Below, one piece after another: positions 35,290 to 48,082 of a DNA stretch of 64,000 bases. Made by a program: the position numbers and the translations under genes. The stretch covers positions 14,074,001 to 14,138,000 of the forward strand of contig CM052839.1 in assembly GCA_028534125.1 (NCBI GenBank), read 5' to 3'. The DNA is from Lama glama. Taxonomy: Eukaryota. Within the stretch, counting starts at the first letter, position 1. Each line of letters starts with the position of its first letter. The notes under the pieces were generated by a model. That model did no database searches, was not told the DNA's origin, and was given only the letters and a program-made list of their open reading frames with translations.

Positions 35290-35422
35290 ATGTGGAGGAG
35301 CTGCCTCCGGCTGCGGGACGCAGGGCGCCGCCTTCTGAACCGGCCCCGGGGCAGTTTCACCGCTTCCGAGGGGTCGGGGCCGAGCCCCTCGACCCCTGCC
35401 CGGGCCTACGCGCCCCCGGCAG
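35290..35422 (+). CDS. ATPAF2: ATPAF2 coding exon 1
   Basis: [19 protein letters not shown]...RAYAPPA; G|gtgagg. Confidence 0.94.
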
Positions 35423-38400
35423 GTGAGGGAGGCCAAGGCCGAACCGGGCGGAGGGGTCGGCCGTGCAGGGTGGCGGTGGCTGAGACAGGTCGCAGATCAG
35501 AAGGGAAGCCCCCGAAAGGGCAGGGACCGCCGCAGGGCACAGTCAAGTGTCATTTGTCACGTGCGGTTTTCTTCAGCTCTGTAAGGAAGTTAGATGTCAT
35601 CCTTGCTTTCGGGCAAGGAAATTCGGGTTCTGGACCAGGATTGCGCCAAGGTCAAAGAGCAGACTTGGAGAGGTTTGTGAGGTTCGTGCCCCTTCCTCCA
35701 CTTCTGACTCTGATGAGGCATAGAAGAAGGTAGTGGCTTTTTCATGAAAGCCTCATCAGAGACGACAGTGGGAGTGACTCCCTGAGTGAAGAGTAGTAAC
35801 ACTCGCCTTCCATTCAATTGGTATATCCGCTGAGGGCAGGAGGCACCGTGATCTTGGAGACACACATGGCTTCCACCCAGGTGATGTCCACTGTCCAGTG
35901 AAGAAGCTTATACTATCCGATTAAACAATAACCTATAATATCCTGTGATCAGAGGTGTACAGAGGAGCGCTTACTCCCATCTTGGGGGTGTTGAGCGTCT
36001 AGAAAAGTCTTGGGTGACAGGATGTTTGGGCTGAGTCTTGACAGATGAGTCACAGTTCAGAGTAGAGGAGGAGGAAGAGTGTTGGCAGCTGGAACACACT
36101 GAGGTGATAGCAGGTATGAGGGACCTTGCTGTGACACTGCCTGCGTTAGGAAATCTGGAACTTCACAGGTGGTTTGGCGCTGGGGCAGAAGCACAAACCT
36201 GGGGTCTGATGCTGGCCAAACAGGCACTGTGTGATCTTGGCACGTGACTGCTTCCTTCGGCCCTGATTTTCCTCTGTGTTGAAGGACTAGGCTGCCTTTG
36301 AGGCAAGTTCCATGATTTTATGCAAATGGAGAAGGGGGCTGGATGCAGCAGGGGAGGTTTCCCATGCCAGGGCCAGGCAGAGGGCCTGGAGGTCCACGAG
36401 GAGCCAGGAAGGAGGATGAAAGAGGGGCACCTGTGAGGCTGTGACTCATAGTAGGAGGTGTACGTATTTTCTGGTTCCAGGCACACATCTCCTAAAACCC
36501 TTGTCATTTACGAAGAGGTAAAGTCACGGGAGAACCTTTTGTTAAAATATTTGGTCTTTGTCCTGAAATAGCTCCAGAATGAAAGATGAAAGATGCCTCT
36601 TATTACTCATAACAGCCCATTTCAGCCACACCTGAGTTTGTGTTAATGAGATGACTTTTGCCAGGGGAATCAACCACAGGGGTTGGAACTTTCAGCCCAA
36701 GCCCCTGACCTCTGGGGAGGGTAGACGGGCTGGAGATTGACTTGATCACTAATTACCTATGATTTAATTGATTGTTTCTGTGTAATGAGGCCTCCATAAA
36801 ATCCCTGAACTACAGAGTTGGGAGAACGTCTAGGTTGGTGAGCACATGGAGCTGCGGGGAGGGTGGTGTGCCCGGAGAGAGCATGGAAACTCTCTTTCCT
36901 CCCTGCCTTGCCCCACGTGTCTCTTCCATCTGGCTGTTCCTGAGTTGTATCCTTTTATGATAAGCTGGTAGTCTGGTAAGTAAACTGTTATTCCTGAGTT
37001 CTGTGAACTGCTGTAGCAAATTAATCCTGTAGGAAATTAGGCTTGTCGGACTGAGCCCTTAACCTGTGGGATTCAACACTGTCTCCAGGCGGACAGCGTC
37101 AGAATTGAGTTGATTGTAGGACACCCAGCTGGTGGAGTTGATGGGTGGGGAACCCCCCCACATTTGGAGTGTAGTGTCTGTGTGATGGATTGAGTGTTGT
37201 TTGTCCTTTATGATGCCCCGGGGAGGCACATATGAGTGAAGGGGACACAGTCAGGAATTCCCTTAAGTTGGCACAAGCAGAACGTTCGTTTAGGTTGGTG
37301 GATGCCACTCCCCACTGTGGTGGCTCTGATCTGCCCCGTTCCTTTCTACTGCAGACATTTTAGCTTAGGCCGGTGGTAGCCACATATGGAGGGAAGTGAG
37401 GATGGGCAGAAGAGTGGAGAGCCATGGGCGCGTGGTGCACCCCGGCCTTGAGTCTCTGCGAAGACTTTTATGGTCTGAGCGGCTGTGAGTTTTGGAGGAG
37501 GGGGAGGTTAAACCCAAGTGTGCCTTCTCCATGAAGACTTAGAGAGTCAAGCAGGTTGAACTTGGCTCCTTAGGAGTGGCTATGACATTGAAGGTTGTCA
37601 GAGGTGAGGAGGAGGTTAGAAGAGAGTCACCAGGTGTGGAGATGGTGCCAGGTGGCCAGGATGGCAGTCCAGCTCTGTACCCACTCTCAGAGCCGTCAGC
37701 TGTGTAGAGGGGAAGGTTCTAGAGGCTGCCTGTCCGGTGAGGACAGCACCCAGTGAGGCCCAGGCTGGTAGCCTCCTCTGTTTGCAAGTGTCTGTCGCCT
37801 GGACAGGTCATGTAGCTTCTCGTCTCTGCCCGTCTTCAGGCAGCGCTTATGCTAGGGCAAGGGAGATGCTGCAGGTGAGGAGCCCAGCCTGCCATCTGCC
37901 TTTGTGAATAGTTTTTGGAACACAGCTCTGCTTGGTCATTGACACACGTCCAGGGCTGCTGTCACCACGGCACAGAGCTGGCTGGTGGCAGCAGGGACCA
38001 ACCAGATGGCCTGCAAAGCCTAAAATAAAATACTTGGTCTGGCTCTCCGCAGAGCGTCCCGACCCCTGCTCGGGGTGCTCGAGCAGTTCAGAAGGAGGTG
38101 TGTCTGGTCGTTTAGCCCGCCTGTGTTCTTTGCCGCAGCAGACACATTTGGCCTGGAGAATTTTTTAGCAGCTTTGTTGAGTTATGGTTTACTTACAATT
38201 CACTCTTTGAAGCATACAGTTCAGTGGTGTTTAGTATACTTGCAGGGTTGTGCAGCCGTCAGTTCTAGAAGACTTTGGTCACCCCACAGGAATCCCCGTG
38301 CCCTTTAACTGTCACCCTCCGAGTACCCCCCAGCCTCCCCAGCCCTAGACAACCACTACTTTGTTTTCTGTCTCTGTAGATTTCCCTAGTTTGGACATTT

Positions 38401-41400
38401 CCTATAAATAGAATGTGGTCTTGGGGCTGACTTTCTTTCACCTAGCTTTTCAGGCTTTACCCCAGTGGTGGCATATATTGCTGCTCCGTTCTTTTTCATA
38501 GGTGACTAATACTCCATTGTGTGGATGCACCACATTTCACTTACCCATTCATCCATCAATGAACCTTTGGGTGGTCTTCATGTTTCGGCCATTCTGAATG
38601 CTGCCGTAAACACTTGAGGACAGGTTTTTACGTGGGTGTATTTTTTCATTTCTCACAGATCGCACGAAAGAGTAGAATGCTAGATCACACGGTTACTGGC
38701 TCTCTGAGGGACTGCCACACTGCTTTCCAGGGTGGCTGCACCATCTCACACTTCCCCCAGCAAGGCACAAAGGTCCTGATTTCCCCGGATGTGTCTTTGT
38801 GATGACAGCCATCCTACTGCATGTGTGGTGGTGTCTCCTGGTTTTGGTGTGCATTTCCGTGATGACGAATGGTGTCCAGCATTTTCTCATGTGCTGTTTG
38901 GACATTTGTGCATTTTCTCTGGAGCAGTGTCTGTTCGGATCCTTTGACCGCTTCTCCGATAGGCTGTCTTTTTATTCCTGAGTTGCAAGAGTTCTTGGTG
39001 TAGTCGGTCGGAGGAGTTTTTATCCTTGGAAACGGTTGGTCTGAGCCGCCCCAGGTTTGTGCGGAGGGATGCCCTGAGTCGGGATGTAGCTTGCAGGCCG
39101 GAGGCCCGCCAGGTGGCGCTGTTGAAAAGGAGAAGGCGCTTCCTCTGCCCGGTGCGCTCTAGGGGTTGCAGCTCTGGGGTTCTCAGTCCTTGCAAAGCAG
39201 AGGCCAGCCCGAAAACTGAGGCTGGTGGAAGGGTCCCTCACTGGTCCGGGAGGCCTGGGGCAGGAGGAGGAGTGGGGGAGTGAGAGAAAACTGTCGGTTT
39301 CTGTGTATGGATTGAGGCAACCTCGCAGGAAAAAGGACCCAGTGGACCCAGAGGACACTTCAGTCCTCTTCACTTGAGCAGGTTTTCGATGTTCTCTGCT
39401 TTCACAGCCTGTTTTCTTCTGGCCAGCTTTTAAAATTCAGTGCTTTTTCACGAACCCATTTCTCTGTATCCACAGAGTCCTTAAAACTGTCACTTAGAAA
39501 GCAGCAAGTGTGTTTTTGCCACGGAAACAGATGTTCTGTCAAGGGGGTGCTTGAGCTCAGAGCAGACTCGAGTTCTGGGGGACTGCTCCGCGCTCACGAG
39601 GGTCCTGGTGGTCTCGTGACGTGTCTTCTGTGACCCAGGACCTTTGAGGGTCCAGGCAAAACCCGTCTGTCCTGATATTTTTGGAAACACTGAATGAACT
39701 TTCCAGGTCCTGTTCTGGTTGCCTTCGTGAGCCCCTGGCCCGGCTCCCTCTGCCCCTTGCTGGGGCGCCTGGGCCGCTCTGATATCCTCTGCGGGAGCTG
39801 CCTTTCCAGCTCTCTGGAACCCTGCTGCCCTGAGGCCGGCAGCCCCCTGTAAGCGGTTCCTTCTGCTGGAAGGGGCACACGCTCCCTTCTGAAGCCGCAG
39901 GTACAGTTCAGCCCCTCCTGCAGGGTTCAGGTGACCCGGTGCCTGGAGGCCTTCCTTTGGCCCAGGCGAGAGGGGGCTGCCCTGGGGCGTGTCTAAAGCA
40001 GTCCTTGCACTTTGGCCATCCTGGTCACTTTATCGTGTGCTGGTCTGTCGTCCCCCCAGGCAGCAGGTGTCTCGAGGGCAGGGGCAGCTTTGAGGAGATC
40101 AGCACCATCAGGTTTGTGCCAGGACAGAAGAGCGCCATCGAACAGCAGAGCCTAAAAACCACCTGCACGCGGGCCTGCTTGGCCTCCCTTCTGTCCTCAG
40201 GTGCGGAGGTGGGCCTGGCCGGGCGGCGGCGCAGGGCCGAGGGCAGGGAGGCTTCTCTGGGGGGAACCGCGCCGCCCTGGCGGCTTTGGGAGGTCCTGCC
40301 TGTGCTGCCCAAGGCCCCACCTCCCAGGGCCGTGTCGCGCCGGGTGCTGGAAGGCTCTCCGCTGGCACTGCTGCCTCAGGGGCGGCTCCTTCCCACGGTG
40401 TGAGTCAGAGCTTCAGATCCCCTCCCACTTCCTGCCTTTCTGGCTCTGGAGGTAACTGCACAGGCTGGCCACCTCCATCCAGGCCTCCAGACAGACAGGG
40501 GCCTCCAGCCGCGTGTCTTACCTGCCACCTGCGTGGACCGCGATGGCATGCTGAGGTGGGACACTTAAGGGCAGCAGGGCCGGGTAAGCCTCCTATTTTG
40601 GTGTCGGATGTTTGAGAAAATCACCATTATGGTCTCACACAGAGGTGGTAAATTCTGCTGTGGTTGTAACTGCGTCGTCTCAGTGGTCAGATCAGATCCC
40701 CTTTAAAAATAAATTTTGGCTCCACGAAGATGGGGATTTTTGTCTGCTTTGTTCACTGTTTTACCCCAAGTACCTGGGCCAGCACTTGCCACATAGTAGG
40801 CACACGAGTTTTTTTGTGGGAAAATAGTTTGAGCCTTAGTTTAGTATGTGCAATCGTGGAGATGTAATTGTGGCCTCTTTGTGCGAGTGTTAATGATAGC
40901 AGATGAGGCACATGAAGAACCTGAGGTTGGAAAACACAAGAATACATGTTTGGAGTAAGACCAGATACCCTGTCTCCATGACACCACTGTCCCTGCCCCC
41001 CCCACGCAAACCCAAGTTCCCCTGATTTTCGTAGTCTAGTTGAATTAATAAACTTTTAAGTTTGATCTTTTGTATGTGTGTTAAAAGAAACCAAAAAGCA
41101 TTAAAAACCATTAAAAACTCTTCCTTCGTCGTGTGCTGCGTCGTTACTTCCAATAAGTGACTTTCGTCAGGGATGCTGAAGGTGTTTAGTGCCCAGTGAA
41201 TACGGGCAGGGACAGGCGAAGGCAGAAAGGAGGTTCGCGTTTCTCTCGGGTGGTGGAGGCTGGTTTAGGCTTTGTAGCTTCCTGGATGTGCCCAATTGGA
41301 GGAATCTGCACACTTCCGTATGAGGCACGCTTGGTTTTTAATCCCTCCAGGTAAGAGGGGGAGTGTGGTTAGTGCTCACGTGTGATTGTACTTGTTGTTT

Positions 41401-44400
41401 TCAGAAGAAAACACAGGACCCCAGTTTCTCCCTTTTTGAAAGGAAACGTTTGAAGTGTCTGTTGATACGCAGGTGAGCTGGTTAGTCAGGGTAATTAACT
41501 GGATGGGGGGGTGGGAGATGCTCTTGGGATCTCTCCTTACTGCGTGTGCACCATCCACGTGGACACACATGGACACACGCACGCACACGCTAGCTTTCCA
41601 CACGAGCCTTTGAGCTGCCGGATTCCTGCCCGGGGTGGGTCTCTGGTGCTGTCCCACTCAGACGCTAGACTGGAGCACGCAGCGGGTAGCGGGGGACGTG
41701 CTGAGAAGTTGAGGCAGGAAGTGTCAGGTGGTCAGTCTGCAGCTTCGTGATGCTGTGTGGTCCCTGTTGCTGGGCTTGGGGGCCGGCGGGACCTGTTGCT
41801 CTGTCGTCCCTGGACAGTGAATGGTTCCTCCCCTTTAGTCAGAAGCCGTGGAGTGGGGCGGACCTTGAACGGCGATGTGGAAATCCGTCAGTCAGCATTA
41901 GCAGCAGTGATCCAGGCTGCTCTCGTCACTTCCTGGGCTGTTGCCGCAGTATTGTAAACTGGCTTTTTGAAAAATCTTTCCAACAGAGAGGAAGAGGTTT
42001 TATCAGAACGTCAGCATCGCACAGGGTGAAGGTGAGTGTCTGAAATTCTGACCATTTCTCTTTCTGTGTTCTTCTGTGAACGGGTGGGAACATTTCTGGT
42101 CTCCGCCGGTTCCTCGGTGAGCTTCCCCTTCGCACATCTGCCGGCTGTGGTTCTGGAAGCCCACGGTGAAGGGACTCGGCGCCTTGTCTGTACCGGTTCA
42201 AGTAATTAAGTATAGCAATGGTCACTCGATTCCACTAACAACCCCTGACAGGTTTTCGTCTGATCTTTCAAGGTGGCTTTGAGATCAACCTAGACCACAG
42301 GAAGCTGCGAACTCCCGGAGCCAAGATCTTCACTGTCCCCAGCGAGGCCCTCGCCGTGGCAGTGGCCACCGAGTGGGACTCCCAGCAGGACACCATCAGG
42401 CCCTACACCATGCACCTGGTAACAAAGCCAGCACCCTGCAGAAACCGAGGCCCCTTTCCCAACTCGGATCCGGCCCCCAGGTTGGGGTTCCAGGCACACC
42501 GCCCTCTGGCCTGACTCCTCCCAGGCCCCGGACATGTCTCCCGCTGCCCCACTCTCCTCCTGTGTCCCAGCAGCTCTCACGCGCTCTGTGGTTGTGGTTG
42601 TGTTACTGCGGTGGCTGTCTGCCCTCTCCCAGCCCAGAGCCCGCCCCTGGCCTGGGGTTCGGCGCAGATCTGTGGCCATGGGGGCCGCTCGCCATGGAGC
42701 CAGCCCCTGGTCCACACGCAGGCAGCTCACTGAGCGAGGTGCTCCAAGAGCGGGCAGGGAAGGGGTCACTAAACTGGGGCCCCGGCTCTGCAGCTTCCAA
42801 GTGGTAACCTTGGGGAAGTTGCTGCCCCTTCTCAGCCAGGGCTCCCCACCGTGAAAGGTGGGCAGTGGTCCCCACACAGGCCGGCTCTCCATCAGCTCGG
42901 CCGGGACACGCAGACTAGGCGGGCTTCCTCAGCCCCTCCCCGGCCCGTGCGGCCTCTCCCCAGCCTCTGATGACGTGCGGTCTTTGTCAGAGGAGCTGCA
43001 GACAGCAAGGCACAGCTGGGGAACCAGTCTGGCCCCTGGAGTGGCTGGTTCATCCCCCTGCTCCCTGAGGGATCGGGGAGTCGGCTGCTCAGATGTAAGT
43101 TCCAGTGGTGTCTCCACGCTCATTTTCTGAACTTGACCTCTGTGAGCCTGGGTTCTACATTCTGAATGTTACGATAACAGTACCTCCTGGAAAGGGTTGC
43201 TGCAAGGCTGGAGTTAAATGTGCAGAGCCTGGTGGTGGAGGGCCTGAGACCTCGGGGGTCTCACTGATCCTGGGGCTGGCGAGTCGGTGCCAGGAGGCCC
43301 TGTAGCCCTGAGTCTGGCACGGAGCCTGGTGCAGGGGGACCGAGCGGTTCCTGCCGCTGGGCCCTGGCTGTGCTGTGCAGCGAGCGTCCTCGGGATGCAG
43401 TGCTTCTGCCTGACCAGTGGTGCTGACTGGCCCTCTGCCTCTGATGTAGACCACGCTGTGCAACACGGCTCTGGACAACCCAACCCAGCGAGACAAGGAC
43501 CAGCTGATTCGGGCGGCTGTCAAGTTCCTGGACACGGACACCATCTGGTAATGGCCATACGGGCGCCTCCCTGGGGCCTGAGTGAGTCCGTTGGGCTGTC
43601 TGCTCCCTCTGTCCAAGCGTTCTCTCCTCCGCACCTAGCTGCTCTGCAGATCCTGGAAGGGAGGGCTCACGGGCAGCACTGGTGCCAGGGTCCCAGGCCT
43701 CCTCTTCCACAGCACGGCCCCTGACAGGTCCAGGCTCCGGGGTCATGTGCCTTGCCCAGTGGGGCCTCTGACCCTGGACTCCTGTCCCCGCACGTTGTCA
43801 CACAGACGTCCTGGTCACCACTTGTCAGCTGGATGCAGGTGGTCCCCTGCTATATTCAGGAGCTGGCCTGCTCCACTTAGGGAGCCCCGCCTCGCACCTG
43901 TGTTCTTTAGCTGCTGGGTCAGTGACGTGGCTGAGCAGTTCCATGTCTGCTGCCCGAATGCTCTAAGTCCTCTCACGGGTGCCCTGACAGCAGCACTGGG
44001 GCCAAGGGGGCACAAATGCTCCTGGCAAGTCTGTCCCGTTTGTGTCAGGGACCACTTGGTTGCCGGGCACAGCCTGCTCAGCCCAGCTCAGGGAAAGGGG
44101 GGGGTCTCTTGGAAGCTGTCCTGGATCTCTGACAGTGGTTAAATTTGAGCGTCTCCCTCTGCCCTGGGGGCCCTCATCCCTGGGCAGCCCGACCCCCAGC
44201 ACAGTCGTGACCCCTCATCCCACTTCTGCTCGCACCAGACGGGCCTTCCCAGTGCCCACTGGGTCCGCATCCCAGGAAGCCTTGCAGCCCAGCTCCCCGT
44301 GGCTGACCCCGTCTCGTCTCCTGGTCAGAACGATGGCTCAGCCTACCTCGGGGCGTCAGGCACCCGCATCTGTGGTGGGGAGGCAGGTGGGCTCAGGAGG

Positions 44401-47400
44401 TGCAGGCAGGCAAGGTGGTTCGTGGCCGGGCGCGACCTCTTGCGGGGCGGCCCCAGGGCCATGCCGGCGTTGGGCCTGGTGCCGCATCCTGGCCTGTGCA
44501 CAGCTGGACAGTGCGTCTCAAACTCAGGCTCCAAAGCCCCAGGCAGAACTGGTCTCCACCCAGAGGGCAGGTTCCATAAGTCCTGCTGGGCTGAAGGTGG
44601 GCCTCCCCACAGGCCCCAGGCCCCCAGGCCAGACCTGAAGACCCACTGCTTGGTGGGGTGGGGTGCAGCGGCTCTGCACTGCTGCCTCCGCGGGCTTCCC
44701 GACTGTCCCTGGGAAGGGATTGTGCTTCTGTGTGAATGAAGGTGACTTTGCTGCATCAGCTACAGGGTGGAGGAGCCGGAGGCGCTGGCGGAGCTGCAGA
44801 GGCGCGAGTGGGACCCGGTGGCAGAGTGGGCCGAGAGGAGGTAGGACAGCGGGGCGGGCACCCCAGCCTGGTTCAGTCCGTGTCATTCCAGGGGGTCGGG
44901 AAGGGCTCCCAGCATGTGCCGCCTTGACCAGGGCCCTCCGTCAGCGTAGGTGGACTGGTTTTCCCCTGTACACACCTCCTGAGCGTCCACGACGTGTCGG
45001 TGTCCTCGGGCTTGTAGTGACGGGCAAGCCCTGCACTGCAGGGTCGGATAAAACCCAAGGACTGGAGGCTGCGACGTCCCCTCGGAGTCCGGTGCGATAA
45101 ATCGGTAGTTCAGCTGCCTGGAGGTCTTTGCTGTGGTGCAGAATCGTCAGCTTGGTGGCAGCTGAGATTTCTCGTCTTCATGTTTTACAGAAAGATGGGG
45201 CCACTTCCAGCGTTCCGTTTGATCTATTAGAAATTTCAGGGAGAATACTCTAAACCGATGGGAACAACCAGTGATATATGAAAGGAAATTACAAAACCTG
45301 CTCTTATTCCATTATGTTTTTCCTGCATTTATGCAGTTATGATGGTTCTTAAAAATGTATCGCTCTCAAAGCCGGCTCCCGTCCCGGACCAGACAGCGCC
45401 TCGTGTGCGGTAGAGCCTTGGTAACACGTGACAGTGACTAATAGGCACGGGACAGTGCAGACAGTCTTGTAAAGAAAACAGTATCTTAAAGAAACCTTTC
45501 ATGGCTCAAACGTGGAACACTTTCTTAAAAGGTTTAAAAAGCAGGTAGCCCTCGGTGTTGCTGAACATTCAGGCAAATAGGTTGGAGTCTCAGGCAGCAG
45601 TTACAGGTGACCCTGTTCCTGACTTGCCAGCCTGCCTTCATCCAGGCCTTTCTTGTCTGGCTTTGCTCTCCGGGGAAAGGAAACTACGAGGTCGGGAGGC
45701 CACTGACTCCCGACGGGGCAGTTCCCAGAATCCCCGAGACTGGCCCCTGGGCCACGTGCCCTGCAGGGCACACGTGTGCTCAGCGGGTTGGGGCTTTGCC
45801 TCCGGGCAAAAGCTGCTGCCCAGCAGGACTGCACTCATGGCCTCTTCTCTCAGGTACAGCGTGGAGATTGGCTCCTCTACCAGCATCCTGGGGCCCAGCA
45901 TCCCAGCCCGGACTCAGGAGGTGCTGGCCAGCCACCTGGCCTCTTACAGCATGTGGGCCCTGCAGGGTATGTGGTGCTGCCTGTGGGCCGGGGAGGGCGT
46001 GCAGACGGGCAAGGCTGTGCGGGACCCGGGGGGGGGGCAGGGGCTTGTAATGCCAGCCTCTCACCCAGTTTGCGGACTCCGCGGGCTCACTCCCTCCCGG
46101 GAGGACGTGGTGCTCTGCTGGGCCGGGATGGTGGCCGGCAGGGCGCCCACTCCAGGCAGGGGCGGAGGAGGGACCCCCACGGGGAAGCGGCTCTCTCGCT
46201 GGGAACGTGGGGAAGGACTTCTCCCTGGCCCAGGGCCCCGCACTGCACTGGGGCTCAGGGGCTCGCAGGGACGGGCCTGGCACCCGCCCTGTGTCCGCGT
46301 GGGGGGTGCTCTGGGTCTGACTCGGCTTGTGTCCCTGCAGGGATTGAGTTTGTAGTGACCCAGCTCAAGTCCATAGTGCTGACCTTGGGCCTGCTCGACC
46401 GGCACCTGACAGTGGAGCAGGCCGTGCTGCTGTCGCGCCTGGAGGAGGAGTACCAGGTGCGGGTCGGGCTCCGGGGCCGCCTCTCCCTCCCGCTCAGACT
46501 GACGGAAGTGCTTCTGAGAGCCCCGGGCCTGTGTGGCTTTCATGTTCGTTTGGAAACCAAAGTCAGAGGGCCCAGAGAGGTAGCGTCGAGTAACACTCGT
46601 GACGCCCCACTGTGTCCGCCCTCCCTCATGGCCGCGCCTCCTCTCTCCACCTGGTCAGTGTGGCTGCGGCTTCCCCATCTCACACAGGAGGACACCCAGG
46701 CTGGCTGCACCCCCAGAAGGTGCTGGAGGCGAGGTGTGGCGGTTCCAGGTGGTTTGGGTACAACTGCAGGGTGGGGTTGGGGGAGGCTAAAATGGCCCAG
46801 AGCCACGTCTGCGCTCTCAGGCTCAGCCTTCACCCCCGCCGTGCACGCAGCGCGGGTCGCTGGCTGGAGGATCGCACGGCGGCTGCTGTGTGTAGTCAAG
46901 TTCTGATTTCCTGGGCTCAGAATTAATCAGGTTTCGCTACCCTGGCATGTGCGTTTTCACTCAGCGCTGCAGTGTTTGGTGCAGCCCCCTTTTGGTCCTC
47001 CTCCAACATGTGACACACTGTCTCCTGCTCTGATAAAAGCCTTTCTGTAAGGACAGGGTTTTCCTAGTTCGTGTAGTCATCTGTTTGGAACAATGTCAGG
47101 GCAGAAACTGCTTCTCTCTGGACAGCAGAAGTGGTTGTGTGGGAGGAGGGTGACCTGTGGGGGGCGAGGGGCAGGCGGCCTGGTTCTCCTCTGGGCTCCT
47201 CTCTGGGCTGTGGGACCCAAGGCCAGCCTTCATTCTCTGAACCTCAGCGTCCATCCGCGTGAGCAGGTCTCTGAGAGGGTAAAGTGCTCTTCAGATGACA
47301 CAGCACAGCTGTCCAGATGTCCTGGGCCACCCAGAAATGCAGGCAGCTTGTATGGCATGGATCCGCCTTCCCGGGAGGGCCCTGGCCAGGGAGGAGCCCG

Positions 47401-47989
47401 CGGGATGGGCTGGAGTCACACTAACAGCCACACTGATGTCCAGGGTCCTCCATCTGGTTCTGGAAGGAGAGTCTGCAGCCCTGCCTGCCATGCAGACCGA
47501 GGGGCCCCTGCAGCGCCGGGCTCCCCAGCAGTCAGCTGACGTGGCCACGTGGCCCTGGTTGGTTGCTATGTCCCCATACCTGGGGGACACGTGCAGCCCA
47601 GCCTGGCCAGGCAGCTCGTGGAGGACGACGTTCTACAGGCCGCCTTGCGCCCCCTCCTCGTGGGCACGTCAGGCCCGGGGAGGGAGGTGTACATGCGGTC
47701 CGGGTGCTGCTCTGCCCACTGGCGAGTGGTCACCTGCTGCTGCCCCGCGTGTCCCTGCATTTGGGCGTGGTCGGAGCCTGCTCCCCTCGGCCCTGCTCTG
47801 GGGGTGGGGCATGGCTCCACCGTCACTGTCTTGTCCTCCCCTCAGATCCAGAGGTGGGGCAGCATCGAGTGGGCACACGACTACGAGCGGCAGGAGCTGC
47901 GGGCCCGCACAGCCGCCGGCACCCTCTTTGTCCACCTCTGCTCCGAGAGCACGACGGTCAAGCACAAGCTCCTGCAGGCCGGCGGCTGA
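35290..47989 (+). CDS. ATPAF2: ATP synthase mitochondrial F1 complex assembly factor 2 (ATP12 family), 8 coding exons, 291 aa
   Basis: join(35290..35422,41987..42031,42273..42418,43450..43547,44760..44840,45854..45966,46341..46456,47846..47989) = 876 nt. Arg-rich presequence [10 protein letters not shown]..., then [37 protein letters not shown]. Confidence 0.97.
36455..37200 (+). mobile_element. MER21-like ERV solo LTR in ATPAF2 intron 1
   Basis: CTCCTAAAACCCTTG, CCACACCTGAGTTT, GGGTTGGAACTTTCAGCCC, GTAATGAGGCCTCCATAAAA, CTGAGTTCTGTGA and GTCAGAATTGAGTTGA...AGGACACCCAGCTGGTG are MER21 hallmarks. Orientation is inferred. Confidence 0.7.
37880..38072. mobile_element. MER58-like hAT-Charlie remnant
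   Basis: TTTGTGAATAGTTTTTGGAACACAGC...GGCCTGCAAAGCCTAAAATA...CTGGC...GACCCCTGCTC. Confidence 0.6.
38158..39010 (-). mobile_element. Old L1M (L1MB-like) 3' fragment
   Basis: CAGCTTTGTTGAG...TACAGTTCAGTGGTGTTTAGTATA...GGCTGCACCAT...GCATTTTCTCATGTGCTGTTTGGACATTTG. Confidence 0.75.
41987..42031 (+). CDS. ATPAF2: ATPAF2 exon 2
   Basis: [15 protein letters not shown]; cag| and |gtgagt. Confidence 0.95.
42273..42418 (+). CDS. ATPAF2: ATPAF2 exon 3
   Basis: [49 protein letters not shown]; |gtaaca. Confidence 0.95.
43450..43547 (+). CDS. ATPAF2: ATPAF2 exon 4
   Basis: [32 protein letters not shown](C); |gtaatg. Confidence 0.95.
44760..44840 (+). CDS. ATPAF2: ATPAF2 exon 5
   Basis: [26 protein letters not shown](R); |gtagga. 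Confidence 0.95.
45854..45966 (+). CDS. ATPAF2: ATPAF2 exon 6
   Basis: [37 protein letters not shown]; |gtatgt. Confidence 0.95.
46341..46456 (+). CDS. ATPAF2: ATPAF2 exon 7
   Basis: [39 protein letters not shown]; |gtgcgg. Confidence 0.95.
47846..47989 (+). CDS. ATPAF2: ATPAF2 exon 8 (coding part)
   Basis: [47 protein letters not shown], stop TGA. Confidence 0.95.
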   Translation: MQRWGSIEWAHDYERQELRARTAAGTLFVHLCSESTTVKHKLLQAGG

Positions 47990-48082
47990 CCCTGTGGTCC
48001 CCGCACCGCGCCACCCCGACACCCTGCGGCCGGGAGCAGCTCGGGCCGAGCCCGGCACGCGTGTATGAAGGACTCTGATTTT

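Larger units (their letters stand above)
34250..35540. promoter_or_regulatory. CpG island / bidirectional GID4-ATPAF2 promoter
   Basis: Head-to-head ATGs at 34716(-) and 35290(+). Motifs: three ATTGG (CCAAT) boxes near 34955, 35008 and 35113; CACGTG near 35026; ZNF143/THAP11-type ACTACAAGTCCCAGA (reverse complement of 35047-35061); GC box near 35085; E2F TTTCGCGC 35160-35167; YY1 CAACATGGCGGC 35167-35178. Confidence 0.9.

Noticed and set aside
33871-35436. Long ORFs (346, 339, 415 and 223 aa) over the CpG island
   Set aside because: They run through Ns and through stop-poor, very GC-rich promoter DNA. Only the MPVRTEC part is real GID4 coding sequence.
41278-41350. Possible cryptic 73-nt exon in ATPAF2 intron 1 (TTTGTAG| ... 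CAG|GTAAGA)
   Set aside because: Weak pyrimidine tract, frameshifting and no homology. Such sites are common by chance and cannot be supported without RNA data.
45555-46906. 266-aa and 376-aa ORFs on +
   Set aside because: These are ATPAF2 exons 6 and 7 read through into GC-rich introns; no independent protein signature.
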